Position numbers and translations under genes: made by a program | NCBI GenBank assembly: GCA_964016885.1 | Contig: OZ024742.1 | Coordinates: forward strand, 110,484,001 to 110,548,000 | Source of the DNA: Eledone cirrhosa | Taxonomy: Eukaryota | Direction: 5' to 3' | DNA: 64,000 bases | In this document: in pieces, positions 53,563 through 64,000 of the stretch | Layout of the letters: the number at the start of each line of letters is the position of its first letter | Position numbering within the stretch: position 1 is the stretch's first letter | Notes under the pieces: generated by a model | Told to the model about the DNA's origin: nothing | Databases searched by the model: none | What the model saw: only the letters and a program-made list of their open reading frames with translations

Positions 53563-53909
53563 TATCCTCATTTTCACATACACACACACACACACACACG
53601 CACACCTAACCACACACACCACCTTCAGCCCTCCCCGCTCGGACACCCCGTCTCCCTCTCCCCACTCCACCCGCCACCACCTCTACTCACCCCACACCCT
53701 TCCACCACCTGTTTACCCCCCTTTTAATTTCAGTTTATTTTGATCATGCCTTTATTTTTAAATGTTCTCATTCCTTGTATTTTGATCATGCTTTATTTTT
53801 ATTTATTATTTATTATATTTTTGTCTTTATTTGTTAATTTTTCATTCGCACCGTTTCCTTTCGCTATATGTCTCTCCACCACTCCCCTACACACCTTTTG
53901 AACTCTCAC

Positions 53910-53937
53910 CTGAAGAAGGGCTTATGCCCGAAACGTC
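53910..53937 (+). ncRNA. PLE-type minimal hammerhead
   Basis: CTGAAGA-aGGGC ttat GCCC-GAA-ACGT-C; stem I weak; downstream AATAAA and (TA)n. Confidence 0.7.
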
Positions 53938-54309
53938 GTCCTCCACCTACCCCCCACTCTCCTGAGCGTGAATTTAATAAACATTTATCGTACTGCCTCT
54001 CTGTTCTGTCCCTGTTCAATTTTTTATTATATATATATATATATATATATATAGTTTTGCGAGGTTTTTTATATGAAATCGTGTGTCGAAACAGATATTG
54101 TTATATTTGGGGAGGGTCATATTTGCGTAATATTGCCAGAATTAATAACAGAACACACTCACTGTTTGGTTGGTTTTCGCTTCTCGCTGTCTTTTATATA
54201 TATATATCTGCGATCTAACTTACTCGGTCCTCAATGTTGCCATTGACTGACCGGCGGTCAAAAATAATACAGATACAATATAGACAAACACATATATATA
54301 TAGTTTACA

Positions 54310-54343
54310 TAAATCTTTCGTTGCACATCTGCAACATCGTCAG
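54310..54343 (-). ncRNA. Hammerhead core in PLE3 3' UTR (paralogue 53317-53351, + strand)
   Basis: CTGACGA-nGTTGCA gatg TGCAAC-GAAA conserved in both copies; stems I/III weak. Confidence 0.55.
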
Positions 54344-54625
54344 TGGTGTTATATTCATTGTTCCTCCTGTTGTGTTGTATGTCTACGCCATTTTTTTTTT
54401 TTTGTTCAGTCTGTCTATATATTTATTTATTTATTTGCTTGTTTGTTTATCTTATTTTATTTTGTCTTCTTTGCGCATGCGTTTGCGTGTGTGTATAGTG
54501 TGTGATGTGTGACTAGTGTGTATAGTGTTGTGTCTGCTGGGTGACTAGTGTGTGTTTATGTGCTTGTGTATGTATTTATTTATCTTATTTTATTTTATTT
54601 TATTTTATTTAATTTACTTATTTAT

Positions 54626-56497
54626 TTACACTTCTCTTAGGTCAGTGTTGTTTGTTTGGGTGTTGTTGTTGTTCCACTCATTCTTTCTGTTTAGCTTTGG
54701 TCTTCTAATTTCTATTTCACTGGCCTCTCTGATTTGCCTATCTGCTGGGTCATTCCTATGTTTAGATATTATTCTAATTTCTATGTTGTCTATGTTACCG
54801 TCATGATGTTGTCTAGCATGTTCGTATAGTACTGACCCGTTTTTTCGTCCTTTTAGTTCCCCCCAGTGTTGGTCTATCCTTTCACCTATGCTACGAGCTG
54901 TCTCACCTACGTATGTTGTTGTCGTGTTTCTGCAAGTACCCTCTGTACATCTTATGCTATAGACTACGTTTCTAGTTTTACAGTTTATCCGGGGGTTCAC
55001 CTTACATATGATACATTTCCTATTGGTACAGTGGGTTTTCTTAAAAGGGTAGGTTTTGCTGATCAGGGATTTTATGGTGGTTCCTGGCTTTTCTACCACC
55101 TTTATTTTTAAGTGGGTCTTTCTCAGGGCCTTTCTACACTGGTTAGCTAATTTCCCTCCAGGGGTGGCGTCCACAAACATGACACTCTGATATCTCTGGT
55201 TGTCGTACCATGATGTGGCCTTCCCTATCTTATGTCTAGCCCTATCTAAGCTATTCCATGATTTGCTCCTGTATAGTGGGCAAATTCCTTTCATGTCCAG
55301 TTCTATGAGGGTCTTATACTTTTCCATGGCTCCTTCGTATACTCTGACTCTGTCTCTTTGGTTGTAGCCAGAGAACTGCATGCGGTTGATGAAGTGTTGG
55401 ATGTGTCCTTCCATTTCTGTTGGGTCGCACATGCTGGACACATTCTTCATCACTCGTACCAAATCTGCGATCAGAATATTAAACTTAGCACTACTGGACA
55501 TTGCTGAGTTTTTGAGTATCAGGTATTTGGAGGCCATGGGTTTAGCATAGTGTGAGTGGAGAATTTGGGCTCTCTCGTCTATAGTGTTAATCCAGAGTTC
55601 TGTGTCTAATACAGGTAGTCTATTGTTAGGGTGTTTGGAAGGGAAGTCTATAGTTACAGTTATACTCTGGTGTATGGAATTAGCTATCTGCTGGATGCTT
55701 TCCATCGTGCTACGTTCTAAATCAAACTTGTTAGTGCTCTCTAGTGGGGGTGTTCTTATAACTATATTGATATCGTCTACATAACGAGAGTACATGATGA
55801 GGTCTATGGAGCTTTCATTAAGGAGATCTTTAAGTCTCCTTTCCCACCATACCATGAAAAGGTTGGCAACATCGCCAGCTATGCTGACGCCGATGGCTGC
55901 TCCCTCATTTTGGGTGTAGATTTTCTCATTGAACTTAAATATGTGGCCCTTTAGGGTAGTTTTGATACTAGCCCCTATTGCATGTGCGACCATTTTTCTT
56001 ACCTGATCAGTGTTTTGGGGGGTCCGTATAGCTTTGGTCCACCCAATCCACCTTCCTATGGGAGTCTTTTTAGCCATTGAGGTTATGGTGGGGGGGTCTA
56101 CCTCTTATAGGTCTACTAGGGCAGAAACATCTAAGGTCATGGCTGTCTAGGTAGTCAGTGTCGTAGGTAAGTCTAAGTAGGAGGCCCAGTTCGTCTGTGT
56201 CGACGTCGCAGAACTCCACCTCACTCTCAATGATCATCTCCACACATCTTTTCACAGCAAAATCAATGTTAATGGATGGGTACAGTGACACCACATCCAT
56301 GCTGCCTATTATGCAGTTGGATAGGCTCCTGTTTTTGTTGCACTCACTGATTCTGCTGAGGAGGTCCTCTGTACTTTCACATACATCTGGGGACATCTTG
56401 ATTATGGGGCGTATAACCATTGAGAGGAAGTAGGAGATCCTGTAGTTGCTAGCTATATTAGCTCCGCATACAGGTCTTGTTGGTGGTCCTATTGTCG
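54626..56497 (-). CDS. PLE RT + GIY-YIG endonuclease, 5'-partial, one +1 frameshift in a G7/C7 run (56090-56096)
   Basis: GSMDVVSLYPSI, QNEGAAIG, RYVDD, LPVLD, NVVYSIRC..YVGETARS..H..H..REA. Confidence 0.85.
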
Positions 56498-56582
56498 GCG
56501 AGAAGCGAAAACCAACCAAACAGTGAGTGTGTTCTGTTATTAATTCTGGCAATATTACGCAAATATGACCCTCCCCAAATAT

Positions 56583-56641
<59 letters not shown>

Positions 56642-56934
56642 TCTATATACGTACGTACGCACGCGTGCATATAATGATATATATCTGACTATATAGATAT
56701 TTTGAAAATAAAATAATTTTCTAATTGATTAAATGGAGTCAAAGTTTTCATCTTTAATGATCTGAGGCTTCTATTAATGTGTGATCAGCAGAATTTATTC
56801 TGTTACTCGAGGAAAATCAACTGAGATTATCAGAGTTCATTTAGATCAATATCTTTTGACCATCAAGACAGAAATAGAATGAAACTTGAAGCAATGCTTT
56901 TGCAAACATACTCGATATATTTATGTTGGATTCG

Positions 56935-57240
56935 ACAATGAGTGTTCTAGTTGTTCGATCAACGAAACAGCCTGCTGAACGAAATAATGTGTGGCTATCA
57001 ACACCAGAGACTCATGTACACATAACGTAATTCTTGGGGAGATTCATCGTGATAGAGTGTGTGACAAGGCTGGTCATTTGAATTAGAGATACACAGCATG
57101 CGATGGACTTACAAACAGTTTCGCCTACCCGATATTACGTACAAGGCATTAGTAAACCCGACGAGCCTAGTTAAATGTCATTTGCTCAAGATGCCATACA
57201 GTGTGATCAATCTTGTCACCAAATGACTGTGAAGCAGTTT
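56935..57240 (-). mobile_element. Old SINE-like repeat
   Basis: GATCAACGAAACAGCCTGCT..GGGGAGATTCA..GTGACAAGGCTGG resembles an octopus SINE (from memory). Confidence 0.5.
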
Positions 57241-59699
57241 TGCTTCTTCATACATGCATGCATAAATTTGTACGTACATGATGATGGCTGCAACTTGATT
57301 TCGATTAAGGCCATTGCTTGATACTTAAGTATGAACATTATAGACGTGACTTTTTAGTCTTGATAGCGACTTGCCTATGGCCAGCAATACCATGGATCGC
57401 AAAAAATGTTACATATCAAGCGATGCCTGTGCTTGAAGCTTTTTTAAGTGAGGAAAGGCTTTGCACTGGGCCAATCCCACTCTCTGAACATCGAATGCAT
57501 TTGCCTGGATGCAAACAAAGTCGTATGTTTTATATCAGAGTGACCTTCTCCGAGAGAGATGTCTTAACGATGACTAGGAGTCTCTCACTCCATAAAAATC
57601 TTTATTGGATCGCCGTTGACTCTCCTGAGTTTCTCCGCCCTTTGACAAGTTTTTGGTTTTCCTCCCACAGGGTGTCCAAATTCACCCTCCTCAACATCCA
57701 ACCATCCATCCATCCATCCATCCATCCATCCATCCATCCATCCATCCATCCATCCATACATACATACATACGTACATAAGCTACGAATGGTTACGGTATC
57801 TAGAACCTTTAAAATCGGTAAAACACGATTTAAAAGACCAATGATTGTACAAGGGATGACGATAATCTCCTTTTCTTTACAATCTTGCCACCGGGATGAT
57901 GGCCGGTCAAACACAATCTGAAAATCAAGGAAAATAAACAACAAATATACATACATACATTATACATACACACATGCATATATACATACATCCATACATC
58001 CATACATTATACATACACACATGCATATATATACATACATCCATACATACATACGTACCATCTCTCCATTTATCCACACATACATACTTACATACCTACA
58101 TAATCCATACATACACATGAAGAGAATGCTTCTGCATGAACTTTGGTTTCATTGCTAAAACATAGTAAAGAACTACCGAACATAACTGACAGAGACATAC
58201 ACATATATAACTCACAAAGACACAACTTCTCTACATGTATAATATATATCTATGTGTGAGAAAAGAACATACAGCAATACAAAATATAAACTTATGGAAT
58301 TTCATCTGGGATTTGCTTCTCTCTCTCTATCTCTCTTCCCATTCTGTCACCATAGGCATTTTCTTCACAACTATAACATTAAACGTTTTACTTTAAATGT
58401 AAGTTATCAAATATAGGTTATTGAAAGACGTATTGACGATCCATTCAACACTACTGAAGAACCACAGGTGTCACCTTGCAACAAACGGTTTTCTGTTAAA
58501 TTTAAAAAACACCTATATATCACCCTGTGCACATGATACGACTTGAAAAATATCTTATCTGAAAAATGTTACTAATTATAACCTAATGACATATTAATAA
58601 CAATTTCTCACATAAGGACTAGATCATAATTGTTGGTGCAGTTGTTATCTGATTATATCAGGGGCAAAGATTGGCTCCCACATTGCTTTATCGACTACGA
58701 ATAGATTTGAAATTATAGCGTAAAGCGTCAAAATAAATAACATGTTGTACGATACTCTAACAATTCTGTAATTCCACCGACTATTTAATTATGAAGTAAT
58801 AATGTTTCTAACATTGGCAAAAGGTCATCAATTTGAGGCAAGGGGGAACCCCAAGGAAGAAAAGAAAAAAAATGACATAATTAATATCTATGATGAATTG
58901 CATAATGGGTAATATTACAGATATTTCTACTGAAAGATGTGAAATAGTGTTAGATGCAATAGCATGAGAGACATTCTATGATACAATTTAGTGTTACATA
59001 TTGGAAAAAATGTGAGACTGACTCAGCGTCTGAATAAACATAAAATATTTCAATGGGTAGCGTAAAGCAAACTACATAAGAAAATATGAGTATATGTCAT
59101 TTGACAGCAGGATCCACTGAAGTAAGTTCAAACAAACATTCATCTCCATATCTAGGTATGTCTTATTATGTTATGCATTTATGAGGATAAAGGGTTATTA
59201 CCCATATACGGGTGTTCCTCACGACCGACCAAATACACCCTTTGGAGAAATCAAGGTAATATTGAGTACTGAAAGTCATTGAGACGCTGAAATTATTCAA
59301 GCATATAAAACCTAATTTCTCCTCAATACTTCAAATTACACACACACACACACATGTATATATATATATATATGTATATAAAGTTGTATCTGTATAAATA
59401 CAGACTGGATAACCGAGACTGCACCAATGTGTATATATATATATATATGTGTAAATATATGTGTAAATATATCTAATATGTAAACATGCCAGCAAATACG
59501 AATTTCGCTGTAAATTGAAAAAATGGTAAACACCTTTAATAGATTTTCGGGCCTAATTATGCATTCATCAGAAGGTGTGTATATCATCCAAACAGTCACA
59601 AGAAAACATGTATTTAGCGGGTTTATATACCCATTCACTGTTAGTATTATTCAGAATTCTTTATATATGGACTCTCCCATCGTGTTCAACGTACGAAGC

Positions 59700-62200
59700 C
59701 CCCCCCTAAAAAACTTTCTTTTTCCTCCACATTTCAGTGTTTGTGTAAACTGAGAGACAGTAAACCTGCTTTGATTTTTGCAAACCAGACCGCAACCTTC
59801 ACACGCAAAAACGTTGAAAAGAAACTGCATTCTGTTGGCTTTGTCTTAGATAACCCCGGTGCTCAATCATTGTGCTAACATTTCTCCTGATGCTAATTTG
59901 ACAGATTTTCCTCCACCTATTACGGTCAGCAGCACATTCTTCATATTCTGTTGTATTCCAGTATGATTTCACTTTATCCTTATATCTAAGAAGAGATCTT
60001 CTTATGTTTTGTAACCCCGCCTGAAGTTGGACATAAGTGTGAATTTTTGGCAGTCTTTCATAATTGATCTTAACAGCATGACCAGCTCATGTTCATTGAG
60101 ACTGTAAAAATATTTCCTTAGATACTTTGTTCTAACTGTGTGATGTTTTCGACATGGTGCCCACGATTAAGACTCATACACCAATGTTGAGACGACAACT
60201 TGTAGCTTCCCAAAGGCATCCCTAGATTTGGTAACCCCATTTACTATTTCATTGTTTAAAAAGGCGCTAGAATTGGTTTTATATCCTAATTATGGGAAGG
60301 TTTTCACATACATTAGGCTTGTTGTCCACAAGAATTTGTCGTGGTGATGCACTGTATTGAGGCCTAGGTGGTTCTCTTTTCTGAATAAATGTTGGTTTTG
60401 GCTGGTACATGCCTTCTGTTGTTTTCACAATTATTGTTTGGGCAAACGATTTTGCTCCAGAAGAAAATTTACGACTCCTTGTGCTTCTCAGAATGATTTA
60501 GATACTCGTGTCATATCATCTGCAAAAACGAAGTTTAAAAGCATTTTCGTCCATGTAAGGATCTTCACCTTAAATCTTTGGTGATTGAAGAGCCTACCTG
60601 ATGCTCTAAATTTAAACAAAGCACGTATACTCTAACAACAGAGAAAAGTGAATAGCAATCAAAACCTGGGCCATTACGCATCCCTGCTCTGTCCCATTTT
60701 GTTTAAATGAAAGAATCTGATGAACTGCCTCATGACTTAACAGAAGCTTGCATATTTTCATGGAAGGATATTACAACAATTAGAATCTTATTAGGAATCC
60801 CAATCTTCTTCAGCACTGACCACAAAGCACCACGATTGACGGGATCAAACGCCTTTGTTAAATCAATGAATCTGATGAACTGCCTCATGACTTAACAGAA
60901 GCTTGCATATTTTCATGGAAGGATATTATAACAATTAGAATCTTATTAGGAATCCCAATCTTCTTCAGCACTGACCACAAAGCACCACGATTGACGGGAT
61001 CAAAAGCCTTTGTTAAATCAACAAAGACTATAGATAGTTCACTGTTCTTCTCCCGTACACCGTTCTTCCGTCGCAAGCAATGTATCACCTCTCCTAGCCC
61101 TGAAGCTACTCTGATTTTCAGGATAAACATGATCTCCCTGGTGAGTTATGGTTGGGAACAACTCGAGAACAACTGGAGTAAGAATGTTGCTTGCTACAGA
61201 AAATGATCTCTATTTCGATGATTTTCATACAATCATTTTAAATAGATGGGTAATAAACGTGTCTTTAAATTACTGAGGAATCTGACTGTTCTTCTAAATC
61301 AAAATGAACAAATTCAAGAGATCATGAACAAGTACTTTACCTTCCTATTTGTACACCTCAGATGGTATTTGTACCATACCATGCGATTTACCTTATATGA
61401 TTTGTTTTATAGCTGTTTTAACACGGGCACATATTAGGTCAAAGCCCAATTCAGGGACTTCCGGCCTTAAAGTAATTGAGTCAATGACATTATGATTCAC
61501 ATCAGAGGAAAAATTCAAACCTGTTTCGAAGTATTTTTTTCCAACGATTAAAAATATAACTTTTATTTGTCAGCAAAGTAGATCCATCTGATTGTAATAC
61601 CGGTGACGTCTCACGTTGCTGAGTGCCATTAACCTCTTTTATTTTCTTTCTATCAGCAGCAGTTTGAAACTCATCTGCTTTTGATGATCACCAACCATCT
61701 TTCATTTTCCTTAAGCAGTGAGTTTGTTTAAAGGCCAAATATAATTTCATTTATAGTGAAGATGTTTTGTCGGGTGTCCATATTTAATGAGAGGAGTGCA
61801 TGTTTTCAATTAGTGATTGTATTTATGTATTATTTTCATTGAACAAATCTTCATGCGTACGCTTTGTCAGATCAAGAACTTCAAGTAGAATAGAATATAT
61901 TACATCCTTGAGGTTGCGCAGGATTCTTCAATATTTTCTGAAATTTCAACACCTTCAAGTAGCACACCGTATAGAAAACCAAGCATTTCTTCGAGCATCA
62001 AGTGACCGAATATTCATCCGTTTAAAGCAATATCCATGGTGTCTTCTATGCTTTATCTAAAATTGAACAATACAACAGAGAGTGAACAAATAACAACCAT
62101 GTGCTATGGAAGGAGCGAGTATGACAAATGTTACATTGATGACACTTTATTGTAAAAATGTAATCAATCAAATGCGATTCTTTTGACCTTAGATGTATCC
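59700..62200 (-). mobile_element. RTE (BovB-like) LINE, old, with 155-bp internal tandem duplication (60713-60867 / 60868-61021)
   Basis: IHLRSKESHLIDY (APE end), DGSTLLTNK..RWK, IVFVDLTKAFDPVNRGALW..KIGIP. Confidence 0.85.
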
Positions 62201-62254
62201 GAATGGTTTTCAGTCTGTTAAGTTCATTGCTATTCATACATATCAATATATGTG

Positions 62255-62540
<286 letters not shown>

Positions 62541-62604
62541 TAATATATATAATATATATATATATACTATATATATACTATATATATTATATATATTATA
62601 TATA

Positions 62605-62645
<41 letters not shown>

Positions 62646-62736
62646 TATATAATATTTAATATATATATATATTATATATAGTATATATATTATATATGAT
62701 ATATATATATTATGTATATATAATAATATAATATAT

Positions 62737-62810
<74 letters not shown>

Positions 62811-63343
62811 ATATATTTTATATATATATAGATAGATAGAGAGGGGGAGAGGTGGGGGGGGGGGGGGGAGATAGAGATAGATAGATAAATACATATAAAC
62901 ACACTTACACAAACACACAATTATATATCCGTGTGATGTTGGTGGAAACGGGAATGAGTAATCAATACCGAAGAAGATTTTAATAACGTTTTTTTATTAT
63001 GACTAAGTAGTGAGCTTTGTTACTCTGGAGTTTCACCTATGAACTCCCAAGACCCTCAGACAAAACTCATGTTATTTATAATACTGGTAGCCGGGGGAAC
63101 TTTTTCCCTGTGAAAGTGGCTCATGACGCAAAAAAGGTTGTGAAAGCCTGATTTAGAGGTTACTGGCTACTTTGATATGGGGTCTAAATACCAGGTATTA
63201 GAATAAACGAGTTAGATTTAAAATTAGCACTAATATTGTCCCTAGCATAGTAACGGTAGATATGCCATAGAGCTGTGTTGAACAGCATACAGATTGCTTT
63301 AGTTTATTTACCAGTGATCCATAGTATATGTTTTCATATACTT

Positions 63344-63428
<85 letters not shown>

Positions 63429-63432
<4 letters not shown>

Positions 63433-63846
63433 TATGTATACGTACATACATATATGTATGCCGACATACAGTAGTATGTATATATATACATACATGCACA
63501 CATATATATATGTACGTACGGATTTACCGAACATTTATTATAATACCCGGTTTGTTTGTAAACAAACATCCCGAATTAAGCCTTACAGTGTTTAGCAATC
63601 ATCGTTGCCCTTTTGTTCAACACTGACAAAGGAACGATGTACTAGTTTCAAGCTATTAGCTATCGTCAATACCGTATACATTCCTGCCAGATGATTGAAC
63701 GTCTGAAAGTATATATATTTCCTTATGCATATTAACCGGCGCACCGAAAACGATGAATGGAAAAAAATGAAACGAAATTTCATTTCTCACTCTTAGTACG
63801 GCTGTTACTTAAATATAAGTATGGATACGTACATACATATATGTAT
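63429..63846 (-). mobile_element. Monomer of the 40565-41330 family with ~31-nt terminal redundancy; HHR at 63634-63675
   Basis: TAAGTATG.ATACGTACATACATATATGTAT at 63429 and 63816; minus TTGACGA-tAGCT aat AGCTt-GAA-ACTAGT-A-CATCGT. Confidence 0.75.
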
Positions 63847-64000
63847 AGCAACATATCTATATATATAATTCCCGTTCTGTGTGTGTGTGTAAAAGAGTTT
63901 CACTTGGAAAATATTCCATCGATCTCTGTCAAATTAAACACATAGCCAAAATAGGCTACCGTTTGTAACATTAAGAAAAAATTATTTCATAATGATTAAT

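Larger units (their letters stand above)
54095..56590 (-). mobile_element. Penelope-like element 3 (Nematis-like), young, 5'-truncated, 93-bp perfect inverted ends
   Basis: 54095-54187 is identical to the reverse complement of 56498-56590; RT + GIY-YIG ORF. Confidence 0.92.

Noticed and set aside
63040-63160. hAT-type MITE right end (AAAAAGGTTGTGAAAGCCTG)
   Set aside because: No matching left TIR or TSD found.

Overview
Eukaryotic, AT-rich, microsatellite-saturated DNA made almost entirely of transposable elements; the tRNA-derived SINE families resemble octopus SINEs (recognised from memory, not a database result). No host gene could be identified with confidence, and most listed ORFs are microsatellite artefacts. 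Content: a Tx1/L1-type LINE folded into a ~0.7-kb inverted repeat; at least four Penelope-like elements (PLEs; RT + C-terminal GIY-YIG) with inverted ends; three stacked R4/Dong-type LINEs at (TAA)n; a Helitron whose N-terminal part lies downstream of its own 3' end; several RTE remnants, SINEs and MITE-like foldbacks. The main signal not visible in the ORF track is more than 20 type I hammerhead-ribozyme (HHR) motifs read by eye (stem I-CUGANGA-stem II-GAAA-stem III-UH-stem I'). They lie in PLE 3' UTRs and in small non-coding modules bounded by (TA)n. Several modules are terminally redundant 390-480-nt units (retrozyme-like), and some motifs have core variants (U3-A8, U4A) or long stem II insertions. 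All structures were assigned by manual pairing; none has been tested.
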